Source: a virus (Duplodnaviria; Caudoviricetes). From it: 37,127 nucleotides of DNA. A program made the position numbers and the translations under genes. A model generated the notes under the pieces. That model was not told where the DNA came from, did no database searches, and was given only the letters and a program-made list of their open reading frames with translations. The stretch spans positions 1-37,127 of the IMG/VR virus record IMGVR_UViG_3300032092_000112, one strand, 5' to 3'. Position 1 is the first letter of the stretch, and each line of letters opens with the position of its first letter. This document shows, in pieces, positions 1 to 7,867 of this stretch.

Positions 1-438
1 CTCGTCGTGCCTGGCCTCGTTGGTGATGCAGATCCAGTCGCTGGGGAGAAATACCGTCTGGAGGAACTTCCTTGTGGCCTCGTAGCCGGTCAGCTCGGTG
101 CTCGGTGCTGGCGCTGGTAATGAGCGCACGATAAACTTGCCGGTGGGCGAGACGCACGATGGCCGGCGCGGGCTGGTGTCGCCGATCAGATGGCCAGGTG
201 GCTTGTCGTGCGGCTTCTTTAGCGCCTCGTCGATCTTGTGCTCGAGTTCTCGGGCGCTCCACGGGGGGACGCAGGTCTGATTGTACTCAGCCATCAATTG
301 AGCCGCCTCAGATCGTGGCAGCGAGAACCCATGCACCAGCGCGACCGCGACAGTGTACGCAGTGGAGTGACCGCCAGCGCCCGAGATGGCGGGCGGGCAG
401 CGCCCAAGGTAGGCTCGGGCGCGGTCAATGGTGGTCAT
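1..438 (-). CDS. Primase(-helicase) N-terminal part, PriCT-1-like helical domain; runs off the left edge
   Basis: Not in the ORF track. Hand translation from ATG at 438, which overlaps the upstream TGA (ATGA): MTTIDRARAYLGRCPPAISGAGGHSTAYTVAVALVHGF...EYNQTCVPPWSARELEHKIDEA. It stays open to base 1. The PPAISG.GGH and N..C.PPW...EL..K motifs resemble primase C-terminal-1 (PriCT-1) domains. Confidence 0.7.
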   Translation of the reverse strand, partial: MTTIDRARAYLGRCPPAISGAGGHSTAYTVAVALVHGFSLPRSEAAQLMAEYNQTCVPPWSARELEHKIDEALKKPHDKPPGHLIGDTSPRRPSCVSPTGKFIVRSLPAPAPSTELTGYEATRKFLQTVFLPSDWICITNEARHDE

Positions 439-929
439 GGAGTGCCTTTTCTGGCGGCAAGCGCAGCCTCGGCTTTCTCGGCCCAGTGTAGGGCGTGAGC
501 TGAGGACGCAGATTCAATGCGTAGTTGTTCTTTCAACCGCTCCACCTCGGCGCGGAGGCGGATTTTATCCAAGTGGACATCCGTCAGTTCATCGCGTAGG
601 CGGGCGAGTTCGGTTTCTAGGTTATCACGTTCGCGCATGACGGCGCGGACTAACGCGGCTCGCTCAAGTATTTGCGTGTTCAACCGCTCCACCTCGGCGC
701 GGAGGCGTGACGCTTCGTTGGCGTTGTGCTCGCGCTCTTGCGACATCTCGGCGGCAACAGTTTTCCATCGCTCCACCTCGGCGCGAAGGCCGGCGAGTTC
801 GCGTTCGAGAGTCGCGCACTCTTCGCGCATTTTGTTCGCAGCATTGCCAGACCAAAAAATATTCAACTCGTCCTCGAATGTTTTCGCCCATGCGGCGTCG
901 GTGCGTGGTGTGGGTGTGGGTGGGTTCAT
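435..929 (-). CDS. Coiled-coil hypothetical protein with LRAEVER repeats
   Basis: 164-aa ORF with GGAGG upstream, coupled to both neighbours, three LRAEVER(L/W) repeats. Confidence 0.8.
   Translation of the reverse strand: MNPPTPTPRTDAAWAKTFEDELNIFWSGNAANKMREECATLERELAGLRAEVERWKTVAAEMSQEREHNANEASRLRAEVERLNTQILERAALVRAVMRERDNLETELARLRDELTDVHLDKIRLRAEVERLKEQLRIESASSAHALHWAEKAEAALAARKGTP
532..785. repeat. Dispersed direct repeat inside the coiled-coil gene
   Basis: TTCAACCGCTCCACCTCGGCGCGGAGGCG is identical at 532-560 and 679-707; a partial third copy lies at 769-785. Confidence 0.9.
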
Positions 930-1147
930 TGTTTGCCCTCCCGTGCTTTGATCATTGCGTCTGCTATTTCATAAGCCGCGTATCCTATCCAAGTACTTGC
1001 TCCGATAGGGTCTTTTTGAGCAATTCCAATCATGGCCTGCCCCGCGAAATAGTCGCGCAGGGTCATGCCCTTGTAACCCGATCCGTATTTTGGTTCAATA
1101 AAAAGAGTTGGAAAAGCTGGTCCGCCGCCGTCGATGATAGTGCTCAT
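926..1147 (-). CDS. Small conserved phage protein (GGPAFP...GMTLRDYFA...AY.IADAM type), function unknown
   Basis: 73-aa ORF with a recognisable widespread phage motif and a strong AAGGAGGTG Shine-Dalgarno upstream. Confidence 0.85.
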   Translation of the reverse strand: MSTIIDGGGPAFPTLFIEPKYGSGYKGMTLRDYFAGQAMIGIAQKDPIGASTWIGYAAYEIADAMIKAREGKQ

Positions 1148-1296
1148 GGTTGCACCTCCTTCTTTGCGGGCTTCCGACCACCTAGCAGGCCATTGGCCCG
1201 CGCTGCTTTGATTTTTGCTGGCGACCGGCTTAGACCGCCGGCGAGTCCGCCGGATCTGCCGAGTTGTACTGCGTGTTTATTTTTTTTCGGTTTCAT
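1144..1296 (-). CDS. Small basic Gly/Lys-rich putative DNA-binding protein (50 aa)
   Basis: Below the ORF-track cutoff. Hand translation MKPKKNKHAVQLGRSGGLAGGLSRSPAKIKAARANGLLGGRKPAKKEVQP. It fills the gap and has an ATGA overlap with the next gene. Confidence 0.75.
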   Translation of the reverse strand: MKPKKNKHAVQLGRSGGLAGGLSRSPAKIKAARANGLLGGRKPAKKEVQP

Positions 1297-1483
1297 AGGG
1301 TGAAAGGGCTTCCTCTAACGCTTTATTGAGCGACGCCTCGACTTCCGTAACGGTCGCAGCGAGTTTTTGGATTTGGTCGTGGAGTTCTTCGGCGCTCCAG
1401 TCTTTTCCGTAGCAGGCAGCCATCTTGATGGCGCCGATCAAGCGCCCCAGCGCGATGCACTGGGCTTTGTCGTAGGGTGTCAT
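1277..1483 (-). CDS. Hypothetical protein (68 aa; start revised to MTPYDKAQ)
   Basis: The ATG at 1483 follows a CAACAACAAC leader. The longer ORF-track start would run through a terminator-like hairpin. Confidence 0.7.
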   Translation of the reverse strand: MTPYDKAQCIALGRLIGAIKMAACYGKDWSAEELHDQIQKLAATVTEVEASLNKALEEALSPYETEKK

Positions 1484-1519
1484 GTTGTTGTTGGCCTCGG
1501 CGGGATGCCTTGGCACCGG

Positions 1520-1551
1520 AAAACCCCGCGCCTCCGAAGAGAGCGCAGGGT
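1520..1551 (-). terminator. Intrinsic terminator-like hairpin with a cUUCGg tetraloop
   Basis: Minus strand CCCTGCGC-T-CTC-TTCG-GAG-GCGCGGGG-TTTT, just downstream of the 1573..1896 gene. The U-tract is short. Confidence 0.6.
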
Positions 1552-1572
1552 GGTTTCGGGTTTGAAGATCGT

Positions 1573-1896
1573 TCAAAAGTTGTAGTCGTAGTAGCTCTGT
1601 GGTTTATCGCTCATGTAGTGTTTTCCGTAAGACGATTTCCAGTGACCGCCCTTGCAAAGACGAGCCTTGGTCACGAATCCATCTTCGTCGCTGCTGATGT
1701 CCCAGCGTTGTTCGTTTTGATTCGTGCAGTGTCCAGCAAATCCACCGCTAACAAATTCTGGTAACCAAGTTCGATCTCGCTCGGCTTTCATTTGGCGGAT
1801 GATCGCCGTCTTCCCGCTTGCGGTAAAACTGAGAACTTCAAAAGGTTTGATGTCGGAATAACCTTGATAGTTGAGGTAGCTTTTCGTGGTCGTCAT
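1573..1896 (-). CDS. Hypothetical early protein
   Basis: 107-aa ORF after an A/C-rich leader, first gene downstream of the 1897-2015 intergenic region. Confidence 0.8.
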   Translation of the reverse strand: MTTTKSYLNYQGYSDIKPFEVLSFTASGKTAIIRQMKAERDRTWLPEFVSGGFAGHCTNQNEQRWDISSDEDGFVTKARLCKGGHWKSSYGKHYMSDKPQSYYDYNF

Positions 1897-1947
1897 TTTG
1901 TTTTATTGTTGTTGTTGTGTCTCGGGCGAACTGCCTCCGACACGATG

Positions 1948-1976
1948 AGACAAACCCAAACCGCTTTGGGTATCAA
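1948..1976 (-). promoter_or_regulatory. Putative promoter with a palindromic operator in the spacer
   Basis: Minus strand TTGATA-N17-TTGTCT (weak -10). The perfect inverted repeat ACCCAAA-CCGC-TTTGGGT at 1954-1971 fills the spacer. Confidence 0.45.
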
Positions 1977-2015
1977 ACACAATCGGTGACTCAAAATTCA
2001 ACCGCTGACCACCAA

Positions 2016-2309
2016 CTACTTGCGCTGCATTTTAGCCGAATAGGATTTGTGAATACCTTTGCACACGCGGCTCACGCAGGCCGGTGAACGCTGCATGCGC
2101 TCGGAGATTGTACACTGCCTCATTCCCGATGCATGCAGCTCGAGAATTTTGTCGTGCTCCTCTCGAGTCAGACAGTCGCGGCGCCTCATAATTTGATCGC
2201 GGTCCACTCGAGGTTTCATGCCAGTGACGTTCGGTCCGTCGGCAAATTTGTCGCAGTATTTTCGGAGGATGAACTCAATGTTTCGCAGGGTTTCAGTTAC
2301 GGAATTCAT
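2016..2309 (-). CDS. Putative HTH DNA-binding protein
   Basis: The C-terminus LTREEHDKILELHASGMRQCTISERMQRSPACVSRV has an HTH pattern. Probable start is MNSVTE at 2309. Confidence 0.7.
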   Translation of the reverse strand: MNSVTETLRNIEFILRKYCDKFADGPNVTGMKPRVDRDQIMRRRDCLTREEHDKILELHASGMRQCTISERMQRSPACVSRVCKGIHKSYSAKMQRK

Positions 2310-2439
2310 TTTTTTTGGGGCGGCCACCTTTCTTGCCGTTGCGCCTTGCGGCGGCAGATTTTTTTTTGGTCACGATTCCACCGAGCAATTGGCCAGCTTC
2401 AGAGGGTGTGATCTTTTTTTTGCAGTGGGGACAATTCAT
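2293..2439 (-). CDS. Small basic protein with CPHC and NGKKGGRP (AT-hook-like) motifs (48 aa)
   Basis: Below cutoff. Hand translation MNCPHCKKKITPSEAGQLLGGIVTKKKSAAARRNGKKGGRPKKNEFRN, with an ATGA overlap on the helicase stop. Confidence 0.75.
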   Translation of the reverse strand: MNCPHCKKKITPSEAGQLLGGIVTKKKSAAARRNGKKGGRPKKNEFRN

Positions 2440-3530
2440 AGTCGTGAAATTTTGTATCCCAACTTTCGATACGTTCTGAGCCGAGCCAGAAATTGGGCGT
2501 GAGCAAGGGCGGCGCCAGCATCGACAAAATCGTGGACGACCCCAAATTCCTTGCCCTCGTGTGCTCGCATCACGCGGCCTGCACGTTGCTCGAGCTTCCC
2601 CGCGGACCTGCCTCCAGCGGCGAGGATCAGGACACTGGCCCGCGGCACGTCGAGTCCCTCGTCAGCCAGACTGGTCGCAATCATGCAGCGTAGTGAGCCG
2701 CTGCGGAATCTTTCGATGGCCTCGGTGCGGCGTTTCTTGCCGATTTTCGCGTGGACGACAACGGAGTCGGCGATGTCAGCCTGGAGTCGCTCACCGTGAT
2801 CGACCGTCGAGACCAGGATGAGAATGCTGCCGGGTTCGCTGGTCGCTAAGTCGATGATCTTGGCGTTACGTCGCCCGTTGGTTTTGACGATATCAGCAGT
2901 GGCCTGCCACCTCGCCCGGCGTTCGTGTTCGCTTCGGTCAATAAATGGAAAGCGCCGGCACCGGCGTGCGGTCTCGGCAACGGTGCTGCATTCAATCTCA
3001 GGGTCGAACTGGCTGGGCAAATCAAGGTTGTGCGCCACGACTGCGCCCTGCGTGATGCTGCCGGTCGCCATGACCTCGGACCTCGGCACGGTATAGAATT
3101 CGCGGAAGAAGTCCTTGAGCCGCAGATCGCGCTCGGGATCCGACCAAGGTGTCGCCGAGAACCCCCAGATGATGCCCTGGCAGCGGCCTATGGTCGAAGC
3201 CCAAGTGGCTGCTGGCATGTGATGGGCCTCGTCTACGATTACAACGTGAGCGGACGAGCAGTCGGGTTGAGCTGCCACGCAGTGGGCCTCGATCTTAATG
3301 CCAAATGTGGTGGCCGCGTCGAGAGCCTGCTGCACCTGCTCACGGGTGTTGGCCAGCCAGACGATGCGAGCCTCGTTCGTAAACGGCGCGGGAGAGTTTG
3401 GGCGCATGCCCTGGCGCAGCGCAGCCGCGGCGATGAAAGTTTTGCCGGCGCCAGCGGGCGCGATGACGAAACCTCTGCTTTTATTCTGCAAGAAATCGAC
3501 GGCGTGTTGTTGATACGGTCGGAGTGTCAT
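2436..3530 (-). CDS. Superfamily 2 DExH helicase (ResIII/UvsW-like)
   Basis: Q motif LRPYQ, Walker A APAGAGKT, DEAHH, SAT, EGLDVP and QRAGRVMR. The true start is MTLRPYQ at 3530. Confidence 0.92.
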   Translation of the reverse strand: MTLRPYQQHAVDFLQNKSRGFVIAPAGAGKTFIAAAALRQGMRPNSPAPFTNEARIVWLANTREQVQQALDAATTFGIKIEAHCVAAQPDCSSAHVVIVDEAHHMPAATWASTIGRCQGIIWGFSATPWSDPERDLRLKDFFREFYTVPRSEVMATGSITQGAVVAHNLDLPSQFDPEIECSTVAETARRCRRFPFIDRSEHERRARWQATADIVKTNGRRNAKIIDLATSEPGSILILVSTVDHGERLQADIADSVVVHAKIGKKRRTEAIERFRSGSLRCMIATSLADEGLDVPRASVLILAAGGRSAGKLEQRAGRVMRAHEGKEFGVVHDFVDAGAALAHAQFLARLRTYRKLGYKISRL

Positions 3531-3570
3531 AAAATTAGTGCGCGTTGCGCAGTCGCGCCCCTGCACCCAA

Positions 3571-3987
3571 TCAGAACGGGTTGGTTTCTGGCAGGTACTT
3601 GCGGATCTTAAGCGTCTTCTTTTCTTCCGTCGTTCCTTCTTTGACCCAAGTCTCTTCCTCGAGCTTGATCTTGCATTTCGCGCCCACGAACCGGCCCAAG
3701 AATTCTTGGAAGATTCTGGCTTTGCTGAAATCCAACTCTTGGCCCTCGGGGATCTCAACAAATGGGCAGGCGGCTAGCAGCGCATTAAGGCGCCACCAGA
3801 CGCTCTCACGGTTCAAGAAGTTATCCGACGCCACGCTGCCGTCAGCGCCACGGAAGATAAGTTTGACGGTGTCTTCGCCTTTGGTGGTGAGCGATGACTC
3901 GGCCTTGATTATCTCGACTGAGTAGATGCCTGGGGCATCGAACGATTTGGTGCTAGCACTTGCGCGGTCTACTTTGAATAATGACAT
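3571..3987 (-). CDS. Putative single-stranded DNA-binding protein (DUF669-like)
   Basis: PGIYSVEIIKAE...TKGED motif, C-terminal PF tip, located beside the RecE/RecT-like genes. Confidence 0.65.
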   Translation of the reverse strand: MSLFKVDRASASTKSFDAPGIYSVEIIKAESSLTTKGEDTVKLIFRGADGSVASDNFLNRESVWWRLNALLAACPFVEIPEGQELDFSKARIFQEFLGRFVGAKCKIKLEEETWVKEGTTEEKKTLKIRKYLPETNPF

Positions 3988-3992
3988 GACTT

Positions 3993-4799
3993 TTACTGGT
4001 TGGGACTATCGTTGTTGTTGGTCGCCCACTTGGGGAGCGACAAGGTTTTGATTTCGTAGCTGTAGGATGGCCAACTGTCGAATGCCTGACAGAAGGCAAA
4101 TCGCGCCAGGTGCTTCTGCCGGTCGGCCTCGGCCAGCATCAGATCCGCCGGATCGAGTTCGTACCGAGCGATGGCGTAAGGCGCCTCCTTTTCGACGGCT
4201 ACGAACACGAACCGTTTCGCGTCCATGCCCAGCTCGCGGGCGAGTGCGAGGTAGTGCGCGGCCTGCACATGGTACCGGTAGTTGGCGATGCTGCGGGCGA
4301 ATCCCGCGGGCGATGCGTCCTCGGTCGTCTTGAGATCCACAATTATGCCATCGACGATGTAGTCGAGGCGTGCTTTGCAGTCCACGCCGCCCTGAGAGGC
4401 GAACAGGCTCACCTCGGCAGCACCCCCAATGATCATCAAGCCGGCATCAGATCCTCGCACCGATGTCGTCATCTCGCGGATCATGTGGTAGTCATCGTGG
4501 GTCACGATGTCCTTGCCCTCGTTCTCGACCTTGAATTGCTCCCAGATCGATTTGCCCTCCTTGGTGCGCCGATCCACAATGGGAGCGACGACGACGCGAG
4601 AGTGGTATAGCTCGGGCTGGAAGACGCTCAGGTGCGTCAGCGTGCCGATCCTCATCGCTTCGGTCTCCTCGCGTTCTGCGGTGAGCCAGTGTCGATAGTG
4701 CGCCGGCGACTTTCGGAACTGGTCGAGGCCGCTCTTGGAGAGCGCCGGGTGCGCGTGGTACTCTGCCGCCGGCATGTCGTGGCGAATTTCATTCTTCAT
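3993..4799 (-). CDS. RecE/exonuclease VIII-like PD-(D/E)XK exonuclease (DUF3799-like)
   Basis: YHAHPALSKSGL, GTLTH, E..LF, CKARLD, IVDLKTT, YHVQAAHY and FVFVAVEK motifs. Confidence 0.9.
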   Translation of the reverse strand: MKNEIRHDMPAAEYHAHPALSKSGLDQFRKSPAHYRHWLTAEREETEAMRIGTLTHLSVFQPELYHSRVVVAPIVDRRTKEGKSIWEQFKVENEGKDIVTHDDYHMIREMTTSVRGSDAGLMIIGGAAEVSLFASQGGVDCKARLDYIVDGIIVDLKTTEDASPAGFARSIANYRYHVQAAHYLALARELGMDAKRFVFVAVEKEAPYAIARYELDPADLMLAEADRQKHLARFAFCQAFDSWPSYSYEIKTLSLPKWATNNNDSPNQ

Positions 4800-5193
4800 T
4801 TTCTTCGTCCTCCATCAGTTCAAGATACTCTTCGACGCGCTCGGAGCTGGCGTTGGCCAGAGCGAGAATGTGGTGCTTGCCGGCCAGGCTGGCTGCTTCG
4901 TACAGCTCCTCGAGTTCCTTTTGGATCTCGCGGTCCATCTCTCTGAGCACGGTGGCTGGGATCGACGGCTGGATGAAGCTTTCCGAGGCGTAGCTGCATG
5001 CCTCCTTCGCGGCGGTTTTGAGGATCGCCTGCATGTCCACCATTTCACCGGTCTCCTGGGTCTCGTGGACGAAGTAAGCCAGAGATTCGGTGTACTGCCG
5101 GTGGGCGTTGGAGAAGACTTCGTCTTCGTTAAGGAGCGCAGCTTGGCCGGCGTAAAGTTGGGCGGTCAGATATTTTTCAATTAGAGTAATCAT
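4789..5193 (-). CDS. Acidic hypothetical protein
   Basis: 134-aa Glu-rich ORF coupled between the recombinase and the exonuclease. Confidence 0.75.
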   Translation of the reverse strand: MITLIEKYLTAQLYAGQAALLNEDEVFSNAHRQYTESLAYFVHETQETGEMVDMQAILKTAAKEACSYASESFIQPSIPATVLREMDREIQKELEELYEAASLAGKHHILALANASSERVEEYLELMEDEENEE

Positions 5194-5960
5194 TTTTTAA
5201 CGGCGTCGAGGAACATTTTCGAGTTGGTTACAATCTTCTTGGCAAAGTCTGGGGCGACATCGCGGAAGGTCTGGCCTTCAGTGATTTGTTTTTTGGTGAC
5301 GAGGTAGGCGTTGACCGCCGGTTCGTCGGCGAGCAGCAGCTCCTCAAGTTTTTCTGTGAATGACTCGACGATTGGCTCGACCTTGATGGGGTCAGGCGCC
5401 GGCGCCGAGTTGTTGCTGTCTTGGATCTCCTCGGGCGTGTAGACGCCGAATACCACCTCGGGTGCAAGGAGCCGCACGGCCTCACTGATGACGCGGGCGG
5501 TGAGCATCTGGCGGGGGAACTTGCGCCAGTTGTCTTTCATTTTCCCGTCGCGGCTGACGGCCACTCCGTTGCTCACGAAGTCCTCGATCTTGGCCGAGAA
5601 CGGCAGCGAGTTGTTCCTCAAGGTGAAGGTGGCCTCAACGACCTTGTCATCGCGCTTCGTCCACTTGACGGTGCCGCCAGACATATGGAATTTGGCCAGC
5701 ATGGCGTCTGCCCGCATCGACAACTTTCCCTCGATCATGTGGTAGGTCTTGGCCAACTCGAGTGGCGGCTTTTTCTCGCTGATGCACTGAAGCGCGAGCA
5801 CCTGGCCCTGCTCGACTTTGGTGCAGCCGAACATGCCTGAGCTGGCGATGATTTCACCGAGGCGCTCGACGGCTGCCAGAGGATCTGACATGCGGTTGTA
5901 AACATCGCCCTCGGTAGGGAGCGCGACGGACTGATTCGCTAACGTATACGTTGTATTCAT
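5190..5960 (-). CDS. RecT/Red-beta-like single-strand annealing recombinase
   Basis: HMIEGKLSM and NWRKFPRQMLTARVISEAVRLLAPEVVFGVYTPEE signature, paired with the RecE-like gene. Confidence 0.8.
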   Translation of the reverse strand: MNTTYTLANQSVALPTEGDVYNRMSDPLAAVERLGEIIASSGMFGCTKVEQGQVLALQCISEKKPPLELAKTYHMIEGKLSMRADAMLAKFHMSGGTVKWTKRDDKVVEATFTLRNNSLPFSAKIEDFVSNGVAVSRDGKMKDNWRKFPRQMLTARVISEAVRLLAPEVVFGVYTPEEIQDSNNSAPAPDPIKVEPIVESFTEKLEELLLADEPAVNAYLVTKKQITEGQTFRDVAPDFAKKIVTNSKMFLDAVKK

Positions 5961-5986
5961 TGTTGTTGCTTTTTGGCCCGCACGTT

Positions 5987-6493
5987 TTATGCGGGAAAGG
6001 GGACTTGGGGAAAGGCGGCGTCGGAGTTGTTGCCGGCGCCGCTATTTTTTGCGAAGTCTAAGATCAGTAACGCATCGGCAGTTTTTAGCGTGACGTTAAG
6101 ATTTGGAAACCGCCTCACTGCCTCGCTCTTCAGCTTGTTCTTCCACTCAGTGGTGCCCGAGCAGTCTTTTTTCGTGCCGAGCTTAAAATGTTTTTGCCAG
6201 TCGTGCGGCTTAACCATGATCACACGCAGACCGAGCGCGGTGGCGGCGCCCTCGATGTAGCCAAAATTGCGGAAGAGCACCGCGGCGCTCGACGCCGGGA
6301 TCGATTTGCCTACAAATTTTGGAATGTCCTCAAGCCATAATTCGGCTTGCAGGTCTCCGCGAGTCAGATCTCGCAGCAAGCCGATCACGTCGGCCACGCT
6401 GGGCGGCATTGGCAGCGCAAATGCGGGGGCATGAGCGTTGGCCCATGCGATGCCGCCAGATGCACCGGGATCGACTGCGATGACGAGGCTCAT
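5987..6493 (-). CDS. RuvC-like Holliday junction resolvase
   Basis: IAVDPGASGGIA, WLE, FRNFGYIEG, P..WQK and ADALLI motifs. Start at 6493 overlaps the lysozyme stop (ATGA). Confidence 0.88.
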   Translation of the reverse strand: MSLVIAVDPGASGGIAWANAHAPAFALPMPPSVADVIGLLRDLTRGDLQAELWLEDIPKFVGKSIPASSAAVLFRNFGYIEGAATALGLRVIMVKPHDWQKHFKLGTKKDCSGTTEWKNKLKSEAVRRFPNLNVTLKTADALLILDFAKNSGAGNNSDAAFPQVPFPA

Positions 6494-6846
6494 AACGCCG
6501 CCTTTACTTTTGCCCAATATTTGTCGGCCAGATGCGCTCGCTTCGGACCAGCGTTCCAGATGCGGGCCTTAAATTCGTCAGACTTACCTTTGCCATAGTG
6601 CTCAGTGTAAATGATAAACATTTCCTTTGATTTCACAGGACAAAATCGGTCGTCGAACGTGTACTTCTTTTTTGAGATCCTGACACAGTCCAACACGGTG
6701 ATTTCCCAAATCTGCCCAACGCCAACAGCACGCCCCTGATCACCGATGGCCCTAGGGTTGTTGTTCGACTCAACCTTGCATATTGCCTGCCAGAGGTCGG
6801 CCTTGAGTGGCGCCGCCAGAGCGACGAGGAGAACGAGGTACTTCAT
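6490..6846 (-). CDS. Lysozyme-fold muramidase/transglycosylase with an N-terminal signal peptide
   Basis: MKYLVLLVALAAPLKA signal-like N-terminus; AICKVES (catalytic Glu), GD.G.AVG..QI and ARIWNAGP motifs of SLT/i-type-like lysozymes. Confidence 0.75.
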   Translation of the reverse strand: MKYLVLLVALAAPLKADLWQAICKVESNNNPRAIGDQGRAVGVGQIWEITVLDCVRISKKKYTFDDRFCPVKSKEMFIIYTEHYGKGKSDEFKARIWNAGPKRAHLADKYWAKVKAAL

Positions 6847-6852
6847 GGCCGC

Positions 6853-6881
6853 ACACTCGGAGCCACAAAACCCAGCGTCAA
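6853..6881 (-). promoter_or_regulatory. Putative sigma70-type promoter, probably giving a leaderless mRNA
   Basis: Minus strand TTGACG (6881-6876)-N17-GAGTGT (6858-6853)-N6-ATG, in the only gap before the replication/recombination operon. The -10 is weak. Confidence 0.45.
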
Positions 6882-6882
6882 G

Positions 6883-7149
6883 TTATTTCTGCTTTTTCCG
6901 GTACCAGACGTTGTGGAACGAGCGACCATGGTTATTTTGCGTCCCTTTAAATTTTTCTAGTAAGTCCTCCTTTAATCCTTGATGCAGGATTTTGAAGGCT
7001 TGACTACGGGACATTTTTAATTTTTGCGCGAACTCTAACGAACTCAACCAGCCCTCGCCTGGGGGCCGATTTTCTTTTCGAATTAGGAGCGATTGCAGCT
7101 CGTGCGCCCAGTCATCCGGTGCCGTAGGTTTTGATTTCGGTCGCGGCAT
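6883..7149 (-). CDS. Small winged-HTH-like protein
   Basis: GWLSSLEFAQKLKMSRSQAFKILHQG HTH pattern, adjacent to the metallophosphoesterase. Confidence 0.65.
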   Translation of the reverse strand: MPRPKSKPTAPDDWAHELQSLLIRKENRPPGEGWLSSLEFAQKLKMSRSQAFKILHQGLKEDLLEKFKGTQNNHGRSFHNVWYRKKQK

Positions 7150-7867
7150 AAAATTGTCCTCCGATGTTGCGTGCCTGAAAAAGTTGATAGGTGCCGTCAG
7201 GAAAAAGAAGACCGTAGGCCCAGCCCTGCGCCCATCTTAATTTGCCCGTCTTCTTATTGATGTAGTCCATGTTTTTTCGACAAAGACACCCGATGCTCCG
7301 AGCCTCTGCCGGCTCACGCGATGCTACGGACGCCATCTCGATACTGTGAATATGTCCGTGCAGACAGCTTCCATAGATCGCAGCGTGTGTGCGACACGCG
7401 CTGACTCCCGCGTGGAATCCGTGCAGCACCGAGAGCTTGCCGAGTTCAAGCACGCCGAGATCGCTGTCATATGGCAGCATCTTCGCTTTGCATCGTTTGA
7501 CCGTGGCCTCGAGTTGCTTGATGCCGTCGTTGGCATAGTCGCGCATCACGCCGGTTGCAGATCCGCGGAAGTCGTAAATGCGCTCGTCGTGATTCCCGCG
7601 CAAAAAGTGATTTGATGTACCACCCTCAAAAAATCGTCGCAGGAAGTCGCTGCCCATCTCCCAATCTTCTGCTAACGATGCCGCCTTCTCGTCGTCGCTG
7701 GCGCCCTTGCGTAAATTCCTTAGATCAAACGCATCGCCTGCGTGCGCCCTAATCTCCGGCTTCCAGTCTCGCATAAAAGACCACAACGCACTCACGCTCG
7801 CAGCGTCAGCCATGTCGCCGTGGTTGTCGCTGACGACAATAAAGCGTTGGCCTCTGTGAGCCATCAT
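7112..7867 (-). CDS. Calcineurin-like metallophosphoesterase
   Basis: SDNH, GDAFD, GNHD, LHG and GHIH metal-binding motifs. Confidence 0.9.
   Translation of the reverse strand: MMAHRGQRFIVVSDNHGDMADAASVSALWSFMRDWKPEIRAHAGDAFDLRNLRKGASDDEKAASLAEDWEMGSDFLRRFFEGGTSNHFLRGNHDERIYDFRGSATGVMRDYANDGIKQLEATVKRCKAKMLPYDSDLGVLELGKLSVLHGFHAGVSACRTHAAIYGSCLHGHIHSIEMASVASREPAEARSIGCLCRKNMDYINKKTGKLRWAQGWAYGLLFPDGTYQLFQARNIGGQFYAATEIKTYGTG

Noticed and set aside
532-785. 29-bp repeats with unique intervening sequence as a mini-CRISPR
   Set aside because: There are only two full copies, the spacing is unequal and too long, and they encode an in-frame coiled-coil motif.
3531-3761. N-terminal extension of the helicase ORF
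   Set aside because: It overlaps the SSB-like gene in another frame. The helicase Q-motif start MTLRPYQ at 3530 is the natural start.
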